This document shows positions 55,805 to 64,000 of a stretch of DNA of 64,000 bases, piece after piece (the first letter of the stretch is position 1; each line of letters opens with the position of its first letter). The stretch spans positions 17,841 through 81,840 of the forward strand of contig CALLAA010000048.1 in the NCBI GenBank assembly GCA_938002955.1, read 5' to 3'. Source of the DNA: an uncultured Acidimicrobiales bacterium. Its GTDB lineage: Bacteria; Actinomycetota; Acidimicrobiia; Acidimicrobiales; SHLQ01. Position numbers and translations under genes: made by a program. The notes beneath the pieces are model-generated. The model saw nothing but the letters and a program-made list of their open reading frames with translations. It did not search any database and was not told where the DNA came from.

Positions 55805-58507
55805 ATGCCTGCACTCGTAATCGTGGAGAGCCCCGCAAAGGCCAAAAAGATTGCGGAGTACCTCGGCGATGATTTCATGGTCGAGTCATCGATCGGCCAT
55901 ATTCGCGACCTTCCGCGCAACGCCGCCGACGTACCGGCTGCGTATAAGGGCGAGAAGTGGAGCCGGATGGGCATCGATGTCGACAATGACTTCAAGCCTC
56001 TCTACGTGGTGTCGGCCGACAAGAAGGATCAGATCAAGAAGCTCAAGTCGCTGCTCAAGGAAAGCGACGAGCTCTATCTCGCAACGGATGAGGATCGCGA
56101 GGGCGAAGCTATTGCCTGGCACCTGCTCGAGGTGCTCAACCCGCAGGTTCCCGTCAAGCGCATGGTGTTCCACGAGATCACCAAGAAGGCGATCATCTCC
56201 GCGCTAGAAAACCCCCGCGAGCTCGACCGGCACCTGGTCGACGCCCAGGAGGCTCGGCGCATGCTCGACCGCCTGTACGGATACGAAGTGTCTCCGGTGC
56301 TCTGGAAGAAGGTCATGCCTCGTCTGAGCGCCGGACGGGTGCAAAGTGTTGCGACCCGAATTGTGGTCGAGCGCGAACGCGAACGTATGGCGTTCATCCG
56401 TGCGTCCTACTGGGACCTTGAAGCGACCTTTGAGAAGATCGGCGAAGCGGGAGCCGGCGCTCCGGCACAGTTCAACGCAAAGCTCCTCGAACTCGATGGC
56501 AAGCGCGTGGCGAGCGGCAAGGACTTCGACGACACCGGAAAGCTCAGCAAGGCCGAAGCGGTCGTGCTCGACGAGGCCGGTGCTGCCGGACTCGTGACGG
56601 CGCTCGACGGCGCGGACTTTGCGGTGCGCTCGGTCGAACCAAAGCCGTACCGCCGTCGCCCATCGGCGCCGTTTATGACCTCGACGTTCCAGCAAGAAGC
56701 CGGACGCAAGCTCGGTATGAGTTCGTCGATGGCGATGCGCGCTGCGCAGTCGCTGTACGAAAAGGGTCTGATCACCTACATGCGTACCGACTCGACGACG
56801 TTGTCGTCGACCGCGGTCGAGGCTGCTCGTAGCGTCGTCAAGAGCGAGTACGGCGAGGAGTTCCTTCCGGCCGAACCGCGCGAGTACGCCACGAAGTCGA
56901 AGAACGCTCAGGAAGCCCACGAGGCAATCCGTCCCGCCGGTGAGACCTTCGAAACGCCCAAGGCTGTCGCTGGCCTGGTCGCCAAGTCCGAGGCTCGTGT
57001 GTACGAGCTCATCTGGAAGCGCACCGTTGCTTCACAGATGACCGACGCCACGGGCGAGACGGTTTCGGTCCGGGTTGGGGCAAAAGCGTCCGACGGGCGC
57101 GACGCCGAGTTCTCGGCCAGTGGCACGATCATTTCCCACCAGGGATTCCGTCGCGCCTACATCGAAGACACCGATGGAGAGGCCGACGAAAGCGAGTCGA
57201 AGCAACTCCCCGCACTCGCGGTCAACGACTCGGTCCGCTCTGAGGCGATCACCGCCGATGGCCACGAGACCCAGCCGCCAGCGCGCTACACCGAGGCCTC
57301 CTTGGTGAAGAAGCTCGCCGAACTCGAGATTGGTCGTCCGTCGACGTACGCCTCGATCATGGGCACCATTCAAGATCGAGAGTACGTGTGGAAGAAGGGC
57401 TCGGCGCTCATTCCATCGTTCACCGCGTTCTCCGTCGTCGGTCTGCTCGAGCAGCACTTCCCAGACTTGGTCGATTACACCTACACACGGCGTATGGAAC
57501 AGGACCTCGACTCGATCGCTGGTGGTACCGGTGAGGCCATTCCGTGGTTGAAGAAGTTCTACTTCGGAAACGACGACACCGAGGGTCTGAAGCACAAGGT
57601 CGATGAGCGCCTCGGCGAAATCGATGCCCGAGCCATCAACTCGATCCCGCTCGGCGTCACCGAAGACGGCGAAATGGTCGTTGCTCGTGTCGGCAAGTAC
57701 GGCCCGTACGTGCAACGTGGGGAGAACGACACTGCGTCGATTCCCGACGACATCCCACCGGACGACCTCACTGTTGACCGCGCTGTCGAGTACATCGAGA
57801 ATGCCGCAAAGGGCCCCCTCTCGCTCGGAGATGACCCCGAGACCGGGATGCCGGTCTATGTCATGACCGGTCGCTTTGGCGACTACGTTCAGCTCGGCGA
57901 GATGGTCGACGGCGAAGATAAGCCAAAGCGAGCCTCGTTGTTCGCCACGATGAAGACAGACACGATCACCCTCGATGACGCATTGAAGCTGCTTTCGCTG
58001 CCGCGTGTCGTCGGTGTCGATCCGGCCGACAACGTCGAGATCACGGTACAGAACGGCCGCTACGGCCCGTACCTCAAGAAGGAGAAGGACTCTCGGTCGC
58101 TCGAGACCGAAGAGCAGCTCTTCACCATCACCCTCGAGGACTGCCTGAAGATTTTGGCCCAGCCAAAGACGCGTCGCGGTCAGGTCGTCAAGCCGCCATT
58201 GCGCGAGATGGGTATCGACCCAGATACCGAGAAGCAGATGATCGTCAAAGACGGTCGTTTTGGCCCGTACGTCACCGATGGCGAAACAAACGCGTCCCTG
58301 CGAAAGGGCGACACGGTCGAAGAACTGACCGACGAGCGTGCAGCGGAGCTGCTCGCCATTCGACGTGCCGCCGGTCCAGCCAAGAAAAAGAAGAAGAAAA
58401 AGGCTCCGGCGAAGAAGAAGGCTCCAGCCAAGAAGAAGGCAGCGGCCAAGAAGAAAGCTCCGGCGAAGAAGAAGGCGGCCGCCGAAACAGCCGCTGAAGA
58501 CGCCTAG
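55805..58507 (+). CDS. topA: DNA topoisomerase I with lysine-repeat C-terminal tail
   Basis: MPALVIVESPAKAKKI (Toprim), ATDEDREGEAIAWH, ITYMRTDS (active-site Tyr region). C-terminus KKKKKKKAPAKKKAPAKKKAAAKKKAPAKKKAAA. Confidence 0.95.
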   Translation: MPALVIVESPAKAKKIAEYLGDDFMVESSIGHIRDLPRNAADVPAAYKGEKWSRMGIDVDNDFKPLYVVSADKKDQIKKLKSLLKESDELYLATDEDREGEAIAWHLLEVLNPQVPVKRMVFHEITKKAIISALENPRELDRHLVDAQEARRMLDRLYGYEVSPVLWKKVMPRLSAGRVQSVATRIVVERERERMAFIRASYWDLEATFEKIGEAGAGAPAQFNAKLLELDGKRVASGKDFDDTGKLSKAEAVVLDEAGAAGLVTALDGADFAVRSVEPKPYRRRPSAPFMTSTFQQEAGRKLGMSSSMAMRAAQSLYEKGLITYMRTDSTTLSSTAVEAARSVVKSEYGEEFLPAEPREYATKSKNAQEAHEAIRPAGETFETPKAVAGLVAKSEARVYELIWKRTVASQMTDATGETVSVRVGAKASDGRDAEFSASGTIISHQGFRRAYIEDTDGEADESESKQLPALAVNDSVRSEAITADGHETQPPARYTEASLVKKLAELEIGRPSTYASIMGTIQDREYVWKKGSALIPSFTAFSVVGLLEQHFPDLVDYTYTRRMEQDLDSIAGGTGEAIPWLKKFYFGNDDTEGLKHKVDERLGEIDARAINSIPLGVTEDGEMVVARVGKYGPYVQRGENDTASIPDDIPPDDLTVDRAVEYIENAAKGPLSLGDDPETGMPVYVMTGRFGDYVQLGEMVDGEDKPKRASLFATMKTDTITLDDALKLLSLPRVVGVDPADNVEITVQNGRYGPYLKKEKDSRSLETEEQLFTITLEDCLKILAQPKTRRGQVVKPPLREMGIDPDTEKQMIVKDGRFGPYVTDGETNASLRKGDTVEELTDERAAELLAIRRAAGPAKKKKKKKAPAKKKAPAKKKAAAKKKAPAKKKAAAETAAEDA

Positions 58508-58596
58508 ACAAAAAGCCTCCATTTTGGTGTCTGCCTGCCGATTGACCTCCTAAGCGCGTCATTCACGACGGTGCGTTACTTGGGAGCAACACCGCA

Positions 58597-59976
58597 ATGT
58601 CCGAACAGTTCGCAATGCAACCAGACGAGTTCGATTCAACGAACAATCGTCTCGATTCAATCCTCGATCGCCTCAACGCGCTCGGTGAGTCGGCCGCCTC
58701 GATGAAGGACGCGCCTCTGCGTCCATTGCAGAGCGTGCCACCCCTCGACCCGAGCGCCGCAGGCGTCGTCGAGACACCAGCGCCGACCCCGCCGCCGAAT
58801 CTTGGACTGGTTCCGCCGGTCGAGGCTGCACCTGTAGTCGACACGCAGTCTCTCGCTCAGCCCCCGGCCCAACCAATCGCCCAACCGGTCCCACAGCCTG
58901 TTGCACAACCTGCTGCACAGCCAACGCCTGCGCAACCGCCGGTAGCCGAAACGCCGATGGCCCCAGCGCCGCTGGTCGAGCCCGAAGCCGTCGTGCCGCC
59001 AGTGGTCGCAACGCCATCGCCCGCCGACACGTTCACTCCAGTCGAGAGTGTCGTTGCCGAAGCGACCGCACCAACGTCCGACATGGCCGACCCTGCTCCG
59101 GTTGCCGTCGAACACTATGGCCTCGACCTTACGCCAGCGCCCGTCGAACCGGCAGCTGAAGCGACTCAGGTCGAGTCAATGGAATCCGCTGATGTCTTCG
59201 AGCTCGATACGGCGAGCCTCGAGGCCGAGGCTGCAATCGATACTCCCGAAGCACCAACGTCGATCTTCTCGCTCGCATCAAGCGAGCCGGAGACCGCCCC
59301 AGATGAAGTCGACGGTTGGGTAAGCCACCATGGCGATGACTCAGCATCTGGTGATGTTGCATCGGTCGACGAAGATGTCGATCCAATGTGGGCCATCGAT
59401 CCCATCGAGCCAACGGTTATCGAGCCAACGGCTATCGACGAGAATCCGTTCGCCGTCACGGAAGATACGGTCGACACCGCCTTCTTCGAAACCTCTACGG
59501 TCGACGTATCCGAACCCGTCGAAGCGCCTGTCGAGGACTTCTTTGCTGCACTTGAGGAATCCGAAGAGCCGGTCAACATCGCCGGAATCGACATGGCGCC
59601 GGCGATCGAAGAAACTCCTGCTGCCGACGTGGATGCCTTTACGTCCGACGACGAGTTGCCGATCCCGGACTTCACCGGCGTGTACAACGAGAGCCCGACC
59701 GAGAGCGGCTTTTGGGCCGACTCCGAAGAGAGCGTGCCAAAGTCTGTCGAACCGAGCATGGGTCAGATCTCGGCTCGACGTGAAGAGCTCGACAAGCTCC
59801 GCCCGGTTGAGGGCGAGGAGAGTGTTGCGCTCGAGAAGGAATCCGCAGACCGCTCGGTCATGATGCAGATCGTCGGCGTGATCTTCGTCGGTATTCTCGC
59901 CGTGCTCGCAGTGTTCCTGCTGGACCCTGCTGCGGTTGCCGACATGCGTGAGAGCCTCGAGGGGCTTCTGCCATAA
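58597..59976 (+). CDS. hypothetical acidic, Pro/Gln-repeat, C-terminally anchored protein
   Basis: AQPPAQPIAQPVPQPVAQPAAQPTPAQPP repeats, long D/E-rich disordered stretch and a single C-terminal TM VMMQIVGVIFVGILAVLAVFLL. Confidence 0.5.
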   Translation: MSEQFAMQPDEFDSTNNRLDSILDRLNALGESAASMKDAPLRPLQSVPPLDPSAAGVVETPAPTPPPNLGLVPPVEAAPVVDTQSLAQPPAQPIAQPVPQPVAQPAAQPTPAQPPVAETPMAPAPLVEPEAVVPPVVATPSPADTFTPVESVVAEATAPTSDMADPAPVAVEHYGLDLTPAPVEPAAEATQVESMESADVFELDTASLEAEAAIDTPEAPTSIFSLASSEPETAPDEVDGWVSHHGDDSASGDVASVDEDVDPMWAIDPIEPTVIEPTAIDENPFAVTEDTVDTAFFETSTVDVSEPVEAPVEDFFAALEESEEPVNIAGIDMAPAIEETPAADVDAFTSDDELPIPDFTGVYNESPTESGFWADSEESVPKSVEPSMGQISARREELDKLRPVEGEESVALEKESADRSVMMQIVGVIFVGILAVLAVFLLDPAAVADMRESLEGLLP

Positions 59977-59991
59977 CTCGACGTTGCCGAG

Positions 59992-61131
59992 CTAGGTGGG
60001 GCTTGGCTCCGGGCTCGGTGCCTCGTCGGACCGGCGCGGGTACTTGACCCGGAACGCAAGCCAAGCAAAGAAGCCGCTCGCGATCGGAAGCCAGAGTGAA
60101 ATGCCCCGATAGGCGAGGACGGCGACGGTTGCGCGGTCGGCCGGGATGCCGGACAAGGTCAGTACTTCGATCAATCCCAGTTCGACGAATCCGGTTCCGC
60201 CTGGGGTGATCGAGATCATCGACAGCACTGCACCGCCGGCGTAGGCGATCATGACGAGGCTGAGTCGCGGCTGAGCATCGACGGCGTAGAGCGCAAAGAC
60301 CAACACGAGATAGTCAAAGGTCCAGTTGAGCGCACTCGCTGCTGTTGCCTGAGGCCAGCGGTCTCCGAGCAGCGACGCGAGCCGATCGCGCTCGGTGACC
60401 AGCGTCTTGGCGTCTACGTGCCAGCCTTTGCGAAAGATCCGTCCGGCAAAGCGGAGCACGCGGTCGATACCGCGACCTGCAGCGAGGAGCGGGGTCGTGG
60501 TGCGAAGCGCAAGCGCGCCGACGGCGAGTAGGAGAACGCAGAGAACTCCCGATGCGATCGCGATCGGTGAGATGCCCTCGGGAATTGGTGAGCCAAATAG
60601 CGCGATCGTGACACCGATGGCCGGGATCGCGGCGAGCGCGGCGGTGGAGAGCAGGGACATCGCTGCCAGAGCGCCCCCTGCCTGGGTGGGGTGGGTGCCG
60701 CTTACCGCGAGCATCCGGTACAAGGTGGCCCCGCCAGCAGCGGCTCCGCCGCCCCCAGGGACGACGCGGCTCACGGAGTTTGACGTGAGTTGGCTGGTGG
60801 CGGCCACGAACCAGGAGACCTTTGGAAGCAGCAGGCGGATAAGCCACCACAAGCAGGTGAAGCTCAGAATTTCAGCCACGACCATCAGCACGAACCACCA
60901 TGGCCGGATCGTTCGGAGGCGGTCGGACTCACTGACGACCTCGAGCAGTCGATCGAACAGCTGCGGCGCGATGAGGAAGATGATCAGGATCGATACGGCG
61001 AGCAGAAGGGCGCGCCGAACCGCGCTTCCGATGTAGTCGAGCTCGCCAATGGCGGGCATGCCCGTGGGTCTCCAGGCATGAGCAGCGCGCGAGGTATCGT
61101 CCTCTTCGTCGCTCACGGGACCCGATTCCAT
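59992..61131 (-). CDS. polytopic membrane protein, possibly UPF0104/LPG-synthase-TM (flippase-like) family
   Basis: About 8 predicted helices. The family guess rests on overall pattern only. Confidence 0.4.
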   Translation of the reverse strand: MESGPVSDEEDDTSRAAHAWRPTGMPAIGELDYIGSAVRRALLLAVSILIIFLIAPQLFDRLLEVVSESDRLRTIRPWWFVLMVVAEILSFTCLWWLIRLLLPKVSWFVAATSQLTSNSVSRVVPGGGGAAAGGATLYRMLAVSGTHPTQAGGALAAMSLLSTAALAAIPAIGVTIALFGSPIPEGISPIAIASGVLCVLLLAVGALALRTTTPLLAAGRGIDRVLRFAGRIFRKGWHVDAKTLVTERDRLASLLGDRWPQATAASALNWTFDYLVLVFALYAVDAQPRLSLVMIAYAGGAVLSMISITPGGTGFVELGLIEVLTLSGIPADRATVAVLAYRGISLWLPIASGFFAWLAFRVKYPRRSDEAPSPEPSPT

Positions 61132-61222
61132 ATCGGCAGGCTATCCGCGCTGATGCTGGCAAGTTGCTGCAGAGGTGACGTCCGACGTTCGTGGTCGCGG
61201 CTTCCGTTGGTAGTTTCTTTGG

Positions 61223-61864
61223 GTGCCGATGACCAACCACACCTCTCCCGAGCGCGACGCGTCTCGCGGAACACTGATCGTGTTCGAAGGTGGCGATGGA
61301 TCGGGAAAGTCCACGCAGGCACAACGCCTGGCCACACGCCTCGACGCCGTGTTTACTCGGGAGCCTGGCGGCACACCGATCGGCGATCTGATTCGTTCAC
61401 TCGTGCTCGATCCCGATCACACCGAACTGGCTGATCGAACCGAGGCGCTGCTCATGGCGGCAGCACGCGCCCAACACGTCGACGAGCTGATCGAACCGTC
61501 GCTCCGGGCAGGCCGCCACGTTGTCAGCGATCGCTATGTTGCATCGTCGCTTGCGTATCAAGGTGTCGGTCGTGGGCTCGGCGTCGATGTGATTGCCGAA
61601 CTCAACCGCTTCGCGACCGACGGTCTGATGCCCGATCTGACCGTATTTCTTGACGCGGACCCAATGGCCGCTCGCGATCGGCTCGGCTCGGACCTCGACA
61701 GGATCGAAAATGCTGGCGCCGCCCTTGGCGAACAGGTCGTCGACACGTATCGCATGTTGGCCGCCGCCGACCCCGAGGGGTGGGTCGTCATCGACGCGAA
61801 CGGAACCATCGACGAAGTCGGCGACCGTGTGGATGCAGCGCTCGGCGCACGGCTGGGGTTGTAG
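61223..61864 (+). CDS. tmk: dTMP (thymidylate) kinase
   Basis: LIVFEGGDGSGKSTQ P-loop, TREPGGT, DRY. GTG 61223 or ATG 61229. Confidence 0.9.
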   Translation: MPMTNHTSPERDASRGTLIVFEGGDGSGKSTQAQRLATRLDAVFTREPGGTPIGDLIRSLVLDPDHTELADRTEALLMAAARAQHVDELIEPSLRAGRHVVSDRYVASSLAYQGVGRGLGVDVIAELNRFATDGLMPDLTVFLDADPMAARDRLGSDLDRIENAGAALGEQVVDTYRMLAAADPEGWVVIDANGTIDEVGDRVDAALGARLGL

Positions 61865-62893
61865 ATGAGCGATCCGTTCGACGACGTCATTGGCCAGCAG
61901 CGCGTCATAGAACAGCTGCGCGCTGCGGTGCAAGAGCCGGTGCATGCCTATTTGTTCCTCGGTCCTCGGGGGTCCGGCCGCCGCAGAGCGGCAGCGCGCA
62001 TGGCGGGTGAGCTCGTCGGTGACGATGCGGACCGCGAGCGAAATCGGACGTTGGCCGCTCGTGAGGAACACCCCGACCTTGTGGTCTTTGAGCCCGAGGG
62101 GACCTCGTTTCGAATCGACGAGGCTGACGCGGTGGTGATCGCGGCGTCACGAGCTCCCACCGAGGCAGGTCGCAAGGTGATTCTTATCGATCGCTTCCAT
62201 GATGCGACCGCAGAAGCAGCGGCCAAGCTCCTGAAACCGATCGAGGAACCAAACCCATCGACGGTCTTCATTTTGTTGACCGAGCACGTCCCGCCCGAGC
62301 ACATCACCATCGCGTCCCGGTCGACGACGATCGACTTCCCAGCGGTCAGTATCGAGGCGATCACCGAAGCGCTCGTCGCACGCGGCGTCGACCCGGCGAT
62401 TGCCGAGTCGGCGGGTCGCGGATCCGGTGGCGATGTTGGTCGGGCCGAGCTGCTCGTTTCCGATGATGCCTTTGGTCTGCGCCAGGACCTGTGGTCAAGC
62501 CTTCCGTCGAGGCTCGATGGCACTGGCTACACGGTGGGTCAGATCGTCGAAGAGATACGTTCGGCTATCGACGATGCACAAGCTCCGCTCGACGCCCGTC
62601 ATGCAGCGGAGTCCGAGACGATGGACGAGACCGAGGAACTCACCGGAACTCGTGGTTCTGGCCGGCGCGCCATGGAGACTCGCCACAAGCGCGAGGCCCG
62701 CCTCCACCGAACCGACGAATGGCGAATGGGGCTCGCGACACTCGCACGTCGCTACCGGGAGGGTCTCACCGACCCACACACCGATCTCGCCGTCTTCGAT
62801 ACGTTGCGGGAAGCCGCTGATGCATTGACCCGCAACCCAAACGAAGAGTTGTGGTTGTCGTCGTTGCTCTTTGCCTTGCCAGCCAAGCGGTAG
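61865..62893 (+). CDS. holB: DNA polymerase III subunit delta'
   Basis: VIGQQRVIEQLRAAV....HAYLFLGPRGSGRR..A..., position directly after tmk, AAA+-like core (KVILIDRF). Confidence 0.85.
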   Translation: MSDPFDDVIGQQRVIEQLRAAVQEPVHAYLFLGPRGSGRRRAAARMAGELVGDDADRERNRTLAAREEHPDLVVFEPEGTSFRIDEADAVVIAASRAPTEAGRKVILIDRFHDATAEAAAKLLKPIEEPNPSTVFILLTEHVPPEHITIASRSTTIDFPAVSIEAITEALVARGVDPAIAESAGRGSGGDVGRAELLVSDDAFGLRQDLWSSLPSRLDGTGYTVGQIVEEIRSAIDDAQAPLDARHAAESETMDETEELTGTRGSGRRAMETRHKREARLHRTDEWRMGLATLARRYREGLTDPHTDLAVFDTLREAADALTRNPNEELWLSSLLFALPAKR

Positions 62894-62896
62894 TTG

Positions 62897-63817
62897 CTAC
62901 TTCTGTAGCGAGACCCATTCGACTCGGTGGTTCTCACCTTTGGTGAGAATGCAGTTCGCTCGTTGTCTGGTGGGGGCGATGTTTTGTTCGAGGTTTGGTG
63001 CATTGATGCCATCCCAAAGCTCGGTTGCAACCGTAGTAGCTTCTTCGGTATTTAGTCCCGAGTAGTGACGGAAATAGGAATCGGGATTCGCAAAGACCGA
63101 GTCTCGCAATGCGAGAAAGCGATCGACATACCATTGCTTAATGATCGCTTCCTCAGCATCGACATAAATCGAGAAGTCAAAGAAGTCCGAGACGACAAGA
63201 CTCGATGATCCTTGGTTTCCTTGCAACACATTCAGTCCCTCGACGATCAGCACGTCAGGCTGGCGAATGGTGATGTGTTGGTCGGGAACGATGTCGTAGC
63301 TCAGGTGTGAGTACACGGGTGCGACCACGTCTGGGTCCCCGGATTTCACGGCTCGCATGACATCGAGGAGCGCAGCGGTGTCGTAACTCTCGGGAAAACC
63401 CTTTCGGCGCATGAGTCCGCGACGCTCGAGTTCGGCGTTGGGATAGAGGAACCCATCGGTCGTGATCAGTCCGACGTTGGGGTGGTCCGGCCACCGTGAC
63501 AGCAGGGTCTGTAGCACTCGAGCCGTGGTGCTCTTTCCAACGGCAACAGAGCCGCCAAGACCAATGATGTAGGGGACTGGGGCCGGTTCGGTCGTGAGAA
63601 ACGTATCGGTCACGGCAGCCAGTTGCTGGATGGCCGTGATGTGCAAATTGAGCAGCCGCGACAGCGGCAGATACACGTCTTCGACCTCGTCGGTGTCGAG
63701 GCGCTCGTTAATGCCACGGATCGCCACGAGCTCGTCGTTCGAGAGGGTCATCGGGGTCGACTCTCGAAGCGCCGCCCACGTTGGCCTATCGAACTCCTCA
63801 AAGCGCTCGTTCACCAC
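62897..63817 (-). CDS. coaA: type I pantothenate kinase
   Basis: [21 protein letters not shown]...[10 protein letters not shown]..., [16 protein letters not shown] (P-loop) and [12 protein letters not shown] parallel E. coli CoaA. Start set to GTG 63817; the track start is 63949. Confidence 0.85.
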   Translation of the reverse strand: MVNERFEEFDRPTWAALRESTPMTLSNDELVAIRGINERLDTDEVEDVYLPLSRLLNLHITAIQQLAAVTDTFLTTEPAPVPYIIGLGGSVAVGKSTTARVLQTLLSRWPDHPNVGLITTDGFLYPNAELERRGLMRRKGFPESYDTAALLDVMRAVKSGDPDVVAPVYSHLSYDIVPDQHITIRQPDVLIVEGLNVLQGNQGSSSLVVSDFFDFSIYVDAEEAIIKQWYVDRFLALRDSVFANPDSYFRHYSGLNTEEATTVATELWDGINAPNLEQNIAPTRQRANCILTKGENHRVEWVSLQK

Positions 63818-64000
63818 GACACTTTGGCCTATCGCTGTTCGTGTTGCTGAATCCGCTGCGCAGATTCTTGGCAATCTTGCTAGAGCGGTTGCTAGAGCGC
63901 TGAGTTTGACCGATCGGTCGGCGAATGACGATCGACACTTGGTCGGCAAAGGGCTTAGGATCTATTGCGGGATTGACCACGATAAGGACTGTCAAATGGA

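Overview
High-GC, Actinomycetota-like chromosomal segment. Coding density is high, and many adjacent genes share ATGA/GTGA stop-start overlaps.

Gene order, 5' to 3':
- Divergent glutamine synthetase pair: a GS-I cut by the window edge (missing from the ORF track) and a GS-II.
- nadE, a membrane-anchored repeat protein, and a sigma70 factor.
- An unlisted tRNA-Sec (selC, anticodon UCA) hidden under a spurious 235-aa ORF.
- About 32 kb of accessory catabolic genes:
  - CopC, an epoxide-hydrolase-like protein and a CBM9-like protein.
  - LacI-xylA-phyH.
  - An ~18 kb co-directional inositol (iol) super-operon. It carries an ABC importer, iolE/C/D/G/B, a LacD-type aldolase and several non-canonical members.
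  - A carotenoid-cleavage oxygenase plus LLM oxidoreductase, divergent from TetR, an acyl-CoA ligase and two thiolases.
  - A PQQ sugar dehydrogenase.
- A conserved actinobacterial-type core follows:
  - HAD-IB hydrolase and a Tad/Flp-like pilus cluster.
  - HD-GYP protein, FN3 lipoprotein and LysR.
  - DUF1998 (MrfA-type) helicase and a GGDEF cyclase.
  - STAS/RsbW pair and nhaA.
  - topA, tmk, holB and coaA.

Most interesting observations:
1. A fused membrane di-iron (desaturase/XylM-type) oxygenase plus Rieske ferredoxin, translationally coupled inside the iol operon. It resembles a MocD-MocE fusion and is a candidate O-methyl-inositol demethylase.
2. The hidden selC.
3. A 704-aa CUT2-type ABC permease carrying a ~370-aa multi-helix insertion.
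4. A 45-bp palindromic REP-like element present three times next to sugar genes.
5. An HD-GYP phosphodiesterase with a Thr-rich, adhesin-like C-terminal extension downstream of the pilus genes.

No CRISPR array, integrase, transposase or recognisable defence system was seen. All calls are by-eye motif recognition; no searches were run.
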